Shown here piece by piece: positions 39,563 through 48,836 of a stretch of DNA of 64,000 bases. Below the pieces are notes generated by a model, which was given only the letters and a program-made list of their open reading frames with translations, made no database searches and was not told where the DNA came from. Source of the DNA: Nannocystales bacterium (GTDB lineage: Bacteria; Myxococcota_A; Polyangia; Nannocystales; Nannocystaceae); assembly GCA_050633305.1 (NCBI GenBank), contig JBOEGF010000015.1, positions 32,001-96,000 of the forward strand, written 5' to 3'. Positions within the stretch are counted from its first letter, which is position 1. Each line of letters begins with the position of its first letter. A program made the translations under genes and the position numbers.

Positions 39563-40762
39563 TCAACCCCAGGCGATCGCCATGTTGCGGGCATCCTGAG
39601 GGTCGACCTTCACGGGCAGCTGGATACCAGGCTGCAGTTGAGCCAGCCGAATCTGTGGCACCACCTCTCGGTGCAAGACCGCGTACGGAGACTGGCCTGG
39701 CACCTCAACCATCATGCGCAGGTGCAACATCGGCTGGTCGTTGACCTGTGTGCCGCTCTGCTCGACCACCATGAGTTTGGCCAGGCCATCGACGCCCTGG
39801 CGCAGCAGCACCTTGCGCCGCGCAGCCCCCTTGAACATGGTGCCGAACACCACCGTGGCCGAGAACAGCGTCGTGACAATGACCAAGCCGGCGATGAAGA
39901 TCGGTTGCACCTCCGGGCCGATGAAGGTCTCCGACACAAACGCCCCGCCCAAGACCACGGGGAGCACGAGAGACATCGAGCCGATCATTCGCCCGACGTT
40001 GAGCTGCGACCCCGTCGTGATCGTGTCGCGATGCAACTGAGTCACAGCCGCCTTGGCGCGGGGAAGACTCACCGTCACGAGCGGGAGCTGCGGCGTCATG
40101 CGAACCATCGATTCCAGCTGCTCGATCTCCGAAGGGGTCGGTGCGAGTTGCTGCAACTGCTGGACCGCGACCTCGATGTCGCCCAGCGCCTCGTAGGCAT
40201 GCGCTCGATACAAACCGCAAACCCTGTCGTACGCATCCGAGATCGGAACGTCGTCGATCGCGTTCCCCAACGCGAGCAATGCCGCCCGGGCGTCACCCGC
40301 GAGCAGCGCAACGTAGGCCGTAGAGAAACGGTAGTTCGTGTCGACCTGAAGGTCCTCTGAGCTCGCGTCGAGCTGCGCGAGAAACTCGCGCGCGGCCCCC
40401 AGGTTTCCCTGCGCTGCGTAGCTACGCGCGAGCATGCCGCTGGCGGCCTGCGAGAACCTGGATTGCGTGAAGAGAGGGCGGGCTTGCTCGAGAAGTGATG
40501 CCGAGACCTCCCGCCTTCCCTGTTCCGCATGGTGGTTCGCGAGCATGAACGTGGTCCAGAACAGACGCTCTTCCGCGGAGAACGAGGGGGTGGACCCGGC
40601 CTCGGCAAGCGCGGCTTGCCACATCGTCTCCGCCTGTTCACGTCGGTCCGGGTTGAGCCCACCGCCGCCCGCCAAGGCGCGAAGGTTGGGCGGTGGCAGC
40701 ATGGGCTGACCATCCTGTGCCCGGAGCTTCTCGAACCGGACCGCCTCGTGACTGTGCTGCAT
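39563..40762 (-). CDS. Hypothetical TPR-like membrane protein with a C-terminal DUF3592/OB-like domain
   Basis: Helical repeats, two TM segments, and GTQVNDQP...LQPGIQLPVKVDPQD. Confidence 0.65.
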   Translation of the reverse strand: MQHSHEAVRFEKLRAQDGQPMLPPPNLRALAGGGGLNPDRREQAETMWQAALAEAGSTPSFSAEERLFWTTFMLANHHAEQGRREVSASLLEQARPLFTQSRFSQAASGMLARSYAAQGNLGAAREFLAQLDASSEDLQVDTNYRFSTAYVALLAGDARAALLALGNAIDDVPISDAYDRVCGLYRAHAYEALGDIEVAVQQLQQLAPTPSEIEQLESMVRMTPQLPLVTVSLPRAKAAVTQLHRDTITTGSQLNVGRMIGSMSLVLPVVLGGAFVSETFIGPEVQPIFIAGLVIVTTLFSATVVFGTMFKGAARRKVLLRQGVDGLAKLMVVEQSGTQVNDQPMLHLRMMVEVPGQSPYAVLHREVVPQIRLAQLQPGIQLPVKVDPQDARNMAIAWG

Positions 40763-40909
40763 ACGGTGGCAGTACCCGCCGGAGCCGAACCGTTTCGGGA
40801 AGCCCACCGGCCAAGAAGCCGCGCTGACGCAGCCGCCACTTTTTCGCAGAAGGTCGTGATCCAAGGACGGGCTGCAGACTCTACCCGGCTCGTGACGAAC
40901 CCCAGCACA

Positions 40910-42358
40910 ATGCGCAGACCTCACCTCACCGCGGCCCTGTGCCTACTCACCTTGCTCGGAGCTACGGGCGCCTGCGAGACATCGACCGACGCGGACGAAC
41001 TCACGGGCACTCACCGATCACTTGACGCGGAGGAAGTCTTCGGCCCCCTCGCGCCGGGCGAGGTCCTCGAGCTTGTCGACAACGAGGACGGTACCGTCTC
41101 GTACGCCCTCAGCCCCGAGTCGGCTCTCGAACAGGACACGCTGGTGACGGCGGGCTTCGTCACGTGGCGATATGTCGGCCAGGCCCACTTTCCGGCGGAG
41201 CACATGCAGGTGGACGAGATACAGCCATACGAGGTGGTCGAGGAGACGAACACCACGACCGATGAACAGCTCGCCACAATGGTAAGAGTCGACAACCGAG
41301 GCCGCCGTTGGGTGGTCGAACACTACGACGAGCAGGCTCTCGCGGAGGCGGTTGCGGCCTACGACGCCGCTGGGGAGGAAGAGCCGGACCGCCCCGAAGA
41401 GTTCCCCGAGGCGCTCGCTGGCATCCAAAACCCCGACCACACCCCTCCATTGGGTACCTGGGTCGACTTCGAACCGCACACCTGGACTCACTTCACGTGC
41501 CCCGCCGAAGGAGGCGCCCCCGAGATCCGGACCCATATGTGGGAAGGCGAAGACCGCACGACGGTGTTGACCCACACGTTCCAAGAGGAAGCGGCCGTCA
41601 AGATCTTCACGCTGCGCGACGGCGCACGCCCTACCGCCACCACCGCGCGACTCGGGCACTGCAGCGGTGTGATGATCGACGACTCCCACGTGTTGACAGC
41701 GGCACACTGTGTTTCGAACGCTCGCAACTTCGACCTGCAAGCCAACCGCGTGCAGGTTTGCCTGAGCACCAGCGGGTCGTGCACAGACAGCTTCTCGGGA
41801 ACACCGCTCGGAGTTGGGCCACTGCCCCCGTTCTCCGACTCATCTCCCAGCGGCCGGACCGTTGTCGCGATCGACCGGCCCGCGAACTACAATGGGGGCT
41901 CGGATACGACGATGGGTATCGACTGGGATGACGATTGGGCGATCGTCACGCTCAGTGGCCCGTTCTCGAACCGGTCGCTTCGGCTGTCCGGACTCAGCAA
42001 CCGGGGGATCCGGGCACTCACCCGAACCCGGAGCTTCGGATACCCAGCGCAGCGTCGCGACCCAAGCCCCTCGGGGTGCGACGAGACGCTCTCCCGGCTT
42101 CAGCGTGTGACCGAGATCGAGTCGCCCTCGTCCACCACAACCAAGAAGGTACGCCACCGCTCCGACGCCACGGCGGGTCAATCCGGCGCGCCGATGTACT
42201 ACTGTCCTCACAGGGACAACTCGCGATGCAATGAACACCCGCGGGAGACAGGCTTCGTCTATGGCGTCCACTCGGGATGGAACGGCTTCAACCTGCACGT
42301 CGTCGGTCCGAAGGTCCCCAACTTCAGGGCCGCGGCCCTCGCGATGATCGAGGGTTGA
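40910..42358 (+). CDS. Trypsin-like (S1) serine protease lipoprotein
   Basis: Lipobox ATGAC and the catalytic triad motifs LTAAHC, DDWA, GQSGAP. Confidence 0.88.
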   Translation: MRRPHLTAALCLLTLLGATGACETSTDADELTGTHRSLDAEEVFGPLAPGEVLELVDNEDGTVSYALSPESALEQDTLVTAGFVTWRYVGQAHFPAEHMQVDEIQPYEVVEETNTTTDEQLATMVRVDNRGRRWVVEHYDEQALAEAVAAYDAAGEEEPDRPEEFPEALAGIQNPDHTPPLGTWVDFEPHTWTHFTCPAEGGAPEIRTHMWEGEDRTTVLTHTFQEEAAVKIFTLRDGARPTATTARLGHCSGVMIDDSHVLTAAHCVSNARNFDLQANRVQVCLSTSGSCTDSFSGTPLGVGPLPPFSDSSPSGRTVVAIDRPANYNGGSDTTMGIDWDDDWAIVTLSGPFSNRSLRLSGLSNRGIRALTRTRSFGYPAQRRDPSPSGCDETLSRLQRVTEIESPSSTTTKKVRHRSDATAGQSGAPMYYCPHRDNSRCNEHPRETGFVYGVHSGWNGFNLHVVGPKVPNFRAAALAMIEG

Positions 42359-42522
42359 GCCTCGCTGCGGGGGTAAATGGCGGCGTCGGCGAGACAGGCA
42401 CTGCTCGTCGACGCACCACGAGGAACAGTTCCCTGCCGACGATCCTGCGACCCCGACGGCCCAGGACGGCCGGAGCCGACTTCGTATCGCCGACCGCGGC
42501 CGGGGTTGCTATGCTCCGCCGC

Positions 42523-42852
42523 ATGTCGGACTTCGACCTCAACGCGCTGATGCAGCAGGCCCAAGCCATGCAGCAGCAGATGGCGGAAATGCAGAAGAAC
42601 CTCGAGACCGTCGAGGTCACCGGAGCTGCAGGTGGCGGCATGGTCAAGGTCAGAGCCACGGCGGCACAGAAGATCCTCGGCATCGAGATCGACCCCGCGG
42701 TCATGGGCGAAGACAAAGACATGCTGCAGGACTTGATCACTGCGGCGGTCAACAGCGCCCTCGACACGGCCAAGGAAGCGGCGGCCAGCAAGGCATCGTC
42801 CCTGCTGCCTCCGGGCATGACGCCTCCGCCCGGCTTCCCCGGCCTCGGCTAG
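42523..42852 (+). CDS. ybaB: YbaB/EbfC nucleoid-associated protein
   Basis: LMQQAQAMQ, GAAGGGMVKV, MLQDLITAAVNSA; directly upstream of recR. Confidence 0.93.
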   Translation: MSDFDLNALMQQAQAMQQQMAEMQKNLETVEVTGAAGGGMVKVRATAAQKILGIEIDPAVMGEDKDMLQDLITAAVNSALDTAKEAAASKASSLLPPGMTPPPGFPGLG

Positions 42853-42957
42853 CTCGCCGTCCGTGTCTCGTGTCCGCTGCGCCAGGGCTTGCATGCCGTT
42901 GCCTCCTCCTCGACCGCAAGTCCGGAACCAAGCTCCGGGTCACGTTCGGAACACGCT

Positions 42958-43575
42958 GTGAATCCCCACGACCCACCCGCCGATCCTCTGCAGCGACTGT
43001 GTGCGCTGCTCGGCCGCCTGCCTGGCATCGGCGACAAGACAGCGCTTCGACTCGCGCTTGCGATCGTCAAGTCTGACCCCGAGTACGTGCGGGCGCTGTC
43101 CGAGACGCTCGGCACGGTCCACCACACGCTGCAACTGTGCGCCCAGTGTTGCGACCTCACCCCGGACCCGGTGTGTGAACGCTGCTCCGACGGCAAGCGC
43201 GACCGCAGCATCATCTGCGTCGTCGCACAACCCCAAGACCGGATGGCAATCGAGCGGTCGGGCGTTTTTCGCGGCCTCTATCACGTGCTGCACGGCGTGC
43301 TCGACCCGCTCGGCGGCATCGGACCCTCGGACCTCAAAATCGAGCCACTCCTACGGCGGCTCGAACCCAGCGAGGGCCCGGGCGTCGAAGAGCTCATCGT
43401 CGCCACCAGTCCCAACGTGGAGGGGGATGCCACCGCCCTCTACCTCAGCAAGCTCATCGGGCCGCTGGGCGTCAAGGTAAGCCGGATTGCCTCTGGTGTG
43501 GCGGTGGGTGGCGAGCTCGAATATGCGGACGTCACGACGCTGCATCGGGCCCTAGAAGACCGTCGCCGACTGTAG
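42958..43575 (+). CDS. recR: Recombination mediator RecR
   Basis: LPGIGDKTA HhH, C4 zinc finger, YHVLHG, NVEGDATA, GGELEYAD. Confidence 0.96.
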   Translation: MNPHDPPADPLQRLCALLGRLPGIGDKTALRLALAIVKSDPEYVRALSETLGTVHHTLQLCAQCCDLTPDPVCERCSDGKRDRSIICVVAQPQDRMAIERSGVFRGLYHVLHGVLDPLGGIGPSDLKIEPLLRRLEPSEGPGVEELIVATSPNVEGDATALYLSKLIGPLGVKVSRIASGVAVGGELEYADVTTLHRALEDRRRL

Positions 43576-43768
43576 GTGCAAGATTCTTCCGCCTCAACGG
43601 CGGGAAAGATGCTGCCCGACGCTCGAACCGGTCGACTTGCCCCAGTGGTTCTGTTAGCGTCCTCCGACGTCGGGTCATGGCGTTGCTGTGACCCTCCTTC
43701 GCCCCACAGAACTTACGCCCGAGGGTAGCGCCCTCGATGCGATTCTCGAGTAGGAGCCACAACACAAC

Positions 43769-44248
43769 ATGCTCACGCCGCAGCTCGTGATGTACGAGGA
43801 AGAGGTCCGGCAGATCCAGAATGTCGCCGACCGCTTGCAGCAGGACTCCCGGTCCCAAGCCATCCTCGTCGTCGACAAGAACGGACAACTCATCGCGGCC
43901 TCCGGTTCTGCCAGCGAACTGGACACCACTTCACTCAGCTCGCTCGTGGCCGGCAACGTCGCCGCGACCGGGGGCATTGCCCAGCTGATCGAAGAAGAGG
44001 AGTTCACCGGTCAGTTCCACGAGGGCAAGGGAAAGAGCGTTCACATGACGATCGTGGGTCGCAAGATGATCCTCGCCGTCCTCTTCGACAAGTCCACGAC
44101 TCAGGGCTTGGTGAAGTTGCGTGTGAAAAAAGCTTCGATCGAACTCGAGAAGATTCTCGACGAGGTCGACAAAAAGGCCGCCAGCTCGAAGAACGACGTC
44201 TTCTCGGAAATCACCGACGCGGACATCGACAACCTCTTCAACGACTAG
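43769..44248 (+). CDS. mglB: Gliding-motility polarity protein MglB (roadblock, GAP)
   Basis: LVMYEEE, LVVDKNGQLI, LDTTSLSSL.AGNVAATGG, and C-terminal FSEITDADIDNLF. Confidence 0.96.
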   Translation: MLTPQLVMYEEEVRQIQNVADRLQQDSRSQAILVVDKNGQLIAASGSASELDTTSLSSLVAGNVAATGGIAQLIEEEEFTGQFHEGKGKSVHMTIVGRKMILAVLFDKSTTQGLVKLRVKKASIELEKILDEVDKKAASSKNDVFSEITDADIDNLFND

Positions 44249-44272
44249 AACCAGAGGGGGCCCGGGCCGAAA

Positions 44273-44860
44273 ATGTCGTTCATCAACTACAGCTCGCGAG
44301 AGATCAACTGCAAGCTCGTCTACTACGGGCCGGGTCTCTGCGGGAAGACGACCAACCTTCAGTACATCTACAACAAGACCCGCGAGGACGCGAAAGGCAA
44401 GATGATCTCGCTTGCCACCGAGACCGAGCGGACCTTGTTCTTCGACTTCTTGCCGCTTTCGCTCGGCGAGATTCGGGGATTTCGGACGCGCTTCCACCTC
44501 TACACGGTCCCTGGCCAGGTCTTCTACGACGCCAGTCGGAAGCTCATCCTCAAAGGTGTCGATGGTGTTTGTTTCGTCGCCGACTCCCAGCTGGAGCGGA
44601 TGGAAGCCAACATCGAGAGCCTCGAGAACCTTCGAGAGAACCTCACCGAGCAGGGCTACGAACTCGACAAGCTCCCGTACTGCGTCCAGTACAACAAGCG
44701 AGACCTGCCCAGCGCGGTTCCGGTCGAGGAGCTTTCCGAGATGCTCAACCCGACCAAGGTCCCCGAGTACGAGGCGATTGCAACAACCGGCCAGGGTGTC
44801 TTTGACACGCTGAAGGCGCTGGCCAAACAGGTTTTGCAAGAGCTCCGCAAGGGCAGCTGA
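44273..44860 (+). CDS. mglA: Gliding-motility small GTPase MglA
   Basis: MSFINYSSREINCKLVYYGPGLCGKTTNL, TVPGQ, NKRD. Confidence 0.98.
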   Translation: MSFINYSSREINCKLVYYGPGLCGKTTNLQYIYNKTREDAKGKMISLATETERTLFFDFLPLSLGEIRGFRTRFHLYTVPGQVFYDASRKLILKGVDGVCFVADSQLERMEANIESLENLRENLTEQGYELDKLPYCVQYNKRDLPSAVPVEELSEMLNPTKVPEYEAIATTGQGVFDTLKALAKQVLQELRKGS

Positions 44861-44880
44861 CCGCTGGCTCGTGCGATGTG

Positions 44881-44911
44881 AAAGCCGCCCCCTCCGGAGG
44901 GCGGTTTTTTT
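44881..44911 (+). terminator. Rho-independent terminator after mglA
   Basis: AAAGCCGCCC-cctccgga-GGGCGGTTTTTTT hairpin with a U-tract. Confidence 0.85.
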
Positions 44912-45044
44912 GTGCCACCACGGATCGTACCGATAGGGCGGTGGGGAGCCGAGCTACGCGAGATCACCGGGGAAACGAATCAACACCGACCCTGTCGCGT
45001 CTCCGTTGATCTTTGCCCGATCGCGCGTCAGGATTCGGCCTCCG

Positions 45045-46400
45045 ATGAGCGACGCTTCTGGCCAGCCCCCCGCCGATGGTGAGGAGGGCATTGCGAAGGA
45101 CCCCGAGTTCCGCGACGACGCGCTGTCGGAGCTGATGACCGGAGCGTTCGCGGCGACCTCGATGGTTACGATGGGTGGAGAGGGAGGCGAGGGGGACCTC
45201 CCCGCACCTCCCGTCTGGGCACCGAGCGAGGACGCACCTCAGGCCGAGGGTCTAGACGATGCGTTGGGCTCGCCCGCGCCGCTTCCCTCCGGTCCGCACG
45301 ACCATCTCGAACCGGAGCTCGAGATCGATACCGATTTCGAGGAAGACATTCCTGCACTCGCGGTCGCGGACGTCGCAGAGCCACGCCCCAACGAGGCCGT
45401 GACCGTTCCGCTGTCCGGTCCCGATCCTGAGGCGGAGCCTGTTCTGCGGCCTCCGTCGGTCGACATGCCGATCTCGTCCGACGACTACCCCGCTCACCTG
45501 GGGTACGTCGATGACGATGGCGAAGGCGCCGCGTCGATCAGCACCGACTCCGGCGTTGTCGTCACCCCCAAGCATGCCCAGGGTGCCATGCTGACCGGGG
45601 CGTACCCCACAATCTCCCCCCAGCTCCGATCGCCAGCCCCTCGACGCGAGCAAGGCTCAGCCAAGTGGTTGATCGGTGGAGCAGTCCTCGTTGGACTCGT
45701 GGTCATCGGGGCCGTGGTCATGATGAGCGGCGGCACAGCGGGAGGCCAGGCCGCGGGCTCCGCCGACACGTCCGCCGAGCCTTCCACCGCCGCGGTCGTC
45801 CCGAACCCCGCCGCACCTCCTTCGGCACCGGAGACTCCCGGCCCGGCACCCACTCCCGGGACCAAGGCCCCGGAGTCCACGGCCTCGGACTCCGTCGCGC
45901 CCTCAGGTCAGGATGCCCCTGCCGCCGCAGGTGACGACCCGAAGCCCGCCTATGCCGCCGCACTGGCCCGCTACGAGGCCAACCCGGACAATCCGGGCCT
46001 CCTCGAGCTCACACTCACCGCATGTGCGCTCGGCCTCGGCCCCGAGGCACGGACCGCATTTCACAAGCTCGTCGGCGGGAAGGCCAGAAGCAAGGCGGTC
46101 GTGAAGTGTCGTGAGGCGGGAATCGACGTCACGTCGAAAGCTCGCGGATACACCGGACCCGAGATCGCAGCGCAAGCCCGAGAAGCTCTCGATGACGGTC
46201 GAGCAAGCGATGCCCTTGCGCTGGCCAAGCAGAGCAACCGGACCGAGCGCAACCATGCCGCCCTCGAGGTCATGGTGCTCGCCCACTGCGAACTCAAGCA
46301 GAAGAAGTCCGCCAAGAAGCTGCTCCGCCATATCTCCGAGAGACACCGTAAGGTGCTCGTCGACGACTGCGCCAAGCGTGGCGTGAAACTGCGTCGCTAG
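45045..46400 (+). CDS. Bitopic membrane protein with an acidic disordered N-terminus and two Cys-paired helical repeats
   Basis: TM WLIGGAVLVGLVVIGAVVMM, a Pro-rich linker, and two C...C-x3-G[IV] repeats. Confidence 0.7.
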   Translation: MSDASGQPPADGEEGIAKDPEFRDDALSELMTGAFAATSMVTMGGEGGEGDLPAPPVWAPSEDAPQAEGLDDALGSPAPLPSGPHDHLEPELEIDTDFEEDIPALAVADVAEPRPNEAVTVPLSGPDPEAEPVLRPPSVDMPISSDDYPAHLGYVDDDGEGAASISTDSGVVVTPKHAQGAMLTGAYPTISPQLRSPAPRREQGSAKWLIGGAVLVGLVVIGAVVMMSGGTAGGQAAGSADTSAEPSTAAVVPNPAAPPSAPETPGPAPTPGTKAPESTASDSVAPSGQDAPAAAGDDPKPAYAAALARYEANPDNPGLLELTLTACALGLGPEARTAFHKLVGGKARSKAVVKCREAGIDVTSKARGYTGPEIAAQAREALDDGRASDALALAKQSNRTERNHAALEVMVLAHCELKQKKSAKKLLRHISERHRKVLVDDCAKRGVKLRR

Positions 46401-46438
46401 ACCACGGTCGACCGAAACACCGAGCCTAGCGGGCGTCC

Positions 46439-48508
46439 CTAGTCTTCCCCGAAGAGGTCGTCCCAGCCGTCCGTATCGATCGCCGGCTTGTTCCCGGCAG
46501 AGTCAGCAACAGGAGGCGCGGCCACCTTCGGGGGTGCGACTTTCGGGGGCGTGGGCAACTGAGGCGCCACCGGTTTTGTCGCTCCGTTGCGGGGACCGGT
46601 TTCGCTGCCAAACGCCGGGACCGGCGGAGGCACAAACAGGGGCTGGGAGTCGGACCCGAACAGAGGTTTCTCGGGTGCTGCGGCCTCTTTGGCTTTGGCT
46701 TCGGCGCGCTCCCGGGCTCGTTCGGCGGCCGCTTGGGCGGCTGATTCGGCTTCTGCCTTCGCCCTTTTCTGGGAAGCGGCGTCGTCCTCCTCTGCAGACC
46801 GGGCCAACGTCTCCGCCACGACCCGCGCACGAGCTTCGCGCTCTTCCGCAGCTTTGTCCGCCGCCGCCTTCGCAACCGCCTTCTTCTCAGCTGCTTCCTT
46901 CGCGGCGGCTTCCTTCTCGGCCGCCGCCTTTTCAGCTGCTTCCTTTTCGGCCGCCGCCTTTTCAGCTGCTTCCTTTTCAGCTGCTTCCTTTTCAGCTGCT
47001 TCCTTTTCAGCTGCTTCCTTTTCAGCTGCTTCCTTCTCGGCCGCCGCCTTCTCAGCTGCCGCGGCGGCCTCCTTCTCAGCTGCTTCCTTCTCAGCTGCCG
47101 CGGCGGCCTCCTTCTCAGCTGCTTCCTTCTCAGCTGCCGCGGCGGCCTCCTTCTCAGCTGCGTCCTTCGCAGCGGCTTCTTTCTCGGCCGCGGCCTTCTC
47201 AGCTGCCACGGCGGCTTCCTTCTCAGCTGCGTCCTTGTCGGCAGCTTCCTTCTCAGCTGCCGCCTTCTCAGCTGCCGCCTTCTCGGACGCTTCTTTCTCG
47301 GCTGCTTCTTTCTCGGCTGCTTCCTTCTCGGCTGCTTCCTTCTCGGATGCTTCCTTCTCGGATGCTTCTTTCTCGGCCGCGTCCTTCTCAGCTGCAGCCT
47401 TCTCAGCTGCTTCGGTCGCTACAGCTTCTTTCTCGTCTGCGGCCTGCTCTGCGATTCGTGGGGTGGACGCAGGCTCTTCGGCGACCTGTGCAGACGCGGG
47501 CTCCTCTGCCTTTGCAGCGACAGAAGCCTCCTTCGCCTCACGGGCAGCTTCCTCGCGCCGCTCCTTGCGAGACTTCTTTCCGCCCCGGGCCCTCCGCTTC
47601 TCGCGTCGGTCCTTCCGACGGTCGCGCTTCCCTTTCGCCGGCTTGGCGTCGTTCTCGTTCGAGTCCTTCGACCCGGGCTTTCGCTTGCCCTTTGGGCTCT
47701 TGGACTCGGTAGCTTGTCGAAGCGATCGTCGAGCGCGCTTGTGGAGACCCTTGGCCGTGTCGTCGTCCTCGAAGTCCGACTCATCCATCGCCTCGAGCAA
47801 CGCGGATGCCTGCTCCGTCTCGCCGTCCCGGGCGTACGCAAGGGCGAGAGCGGCGTCGGTCCGCGGCGCAGCGCCGAGCTCTTTGCGTGCCAACTCCAAC
47901 AACTCGACGGCGCGCGACGTCTTGCCAGGTTCCTCGACATAGGCGACCCCGAGGTTGAAAGCATCGAGCGAACGCAACTGTTTCCGCTCCTCCATCCCGA
48001 GCAAGAGTTGGCGCGCCCCTTTTGGATCGCCAGAGAGAACCAACGCGTGGGCCTGCGAGCCAACGAGGTCCGGCTGCTGCGCGTTGCCACTCTGGCGCGC
48101 GGCTTCGGCAAACGCCGCCGCTGCCGCTCGCGGGTCTCCCTTGATGACGTTCAGTCGTCCCTTCTGAGCGGACACCCAGACATGCGGCGCGAAGCGAGAA
48201 ACCATCCATCGCTCCTCGAGTCCCGACATCAACTTGCCCGCTTCGCTTCTCGACGCGCCCGCGAGCGTCTTGCCCAACGCTTCGAGGCGACCGTCCACCC
48301 AAGGAAACAGGCCGAAGAACACGAGGGCCGCAACCGCAACCCCGCCGAGCCGGACCGGCATCATCGGGAACGCCAAACCCAGCAGAACGATCGCACTCGC
48401 GATCGTCCAACGAAGCAGCCGCCCCTGAAACGGTCGCGAACCCCGAGACCAGACCTCGCGGGGTAACTCGACCAATGAAGCATCGTTCCCGCGCGCCAAC
48501 GCACCCAT
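46439..48508 (-). CDS. Membrane protein with a TPR-like region and a long TolA-like AEKEA helix
   Basis: N-terminal TM hairpin, TPR-like helices, a basic patch, an (AAEKE)n repeat, and an acidic tail GWDDLFGED. Confidence 0.75.
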   Translation of the reverse strand: MGALARGNDASLVELPREVWSRGSRPFQGRLLRWTIASAIVLLGLAFPMMPVRLGGVAVAALVFFGLFPWVDGRLEALGKTLAGASRSEAGKLMSGLEERWMVSRFAPHVWVSAQKGRLNVIKGDPRAAAAAFAEAARQSGNAQQPDLVGSQAHALVLSGDPKGARQLLLGMEERKQLRSLDAFNLGVAYVEEPGKTSRAVELLELARKELGAAPRTDAALALAYARDGETEQASALLEAMDESDFEDDDTAKGLHKRARRSLRQATESKSPKGKRKPGSKDSNENDAKPAKGKRDRRKDRREKRRARGGKKSRKERREEAAREAKEASVAAKAEEPASAQVAEEPASTPRIAEQAADEKEAVATEAAEKAAAEKDAAEKEASEKEASEKEAAEKEAAEKEAAEKEASEKAAAEKAAAEKEAADKDAAEKEAAVAAEKAAAEKEAAAKDAAEKEAAAAAEKEAAEKEAAAAAEKEAAEKEAAAAAEKAAAEKEAAEKEAAEKEAAEKEAAEKEAAEKAAAEKEAAEKAAAEKEAAAKEAAEKKAVAKAAADKAAEEREARARVVAETLARSAEEDDAASQKRAKAEAESAAQAAAERARERAEAKAKEAAAPEKPLFGSDSQPLFVPPPVPAFGSETGPRNGATKPVAPQLPTPPKVAPPKVAAPPVADSAGNKPAIDTDGWDDLFGED
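46860..47420 (-). repeat. Intragenic ~15-bp degenerate tandem repeat (AAEKE/AAEKA)
   Basis: TTCTCAGCTGCTTCC-type units repeated about 30 times, in frame. Confidence 0.85.
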
Positions 48509-48836
48509 AAGGCGAGGTGGATACCGCGGTTGCGCGTTTCCCCGCAAACTCGCCAGCGTTTTCGCCTCCGAAAGCGCGCAGCGCCCGCGATTGGCAGAGC
48601 ACGAGGAGCCCATCCCGTCGGGTCGGACGGGCCAAGCCCTCGGCTCGGCGTTCGCTGAGGGTCCTGCCAAGATCGGCGCGCGAAACCTGAAACCGGCTCC
48701 GGAGGCCCCATACCGGGAGCTTTTGGGCGCAATCGCAAGCGGACGGGTCCCGACGGACGCGGTGTCTGAACCCATCGACGACCACCCTCGACGAGCCCTT
48801 GCCGGTTTTGCGGTCAGGGCCGCAGTTTCGCGCACT

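Noticed and set aside
46860..47420. CRISPR-like repeat array
   Set aside because: These are in-frame degenerate coding repeats without unique spacers, and there are no cas genes.
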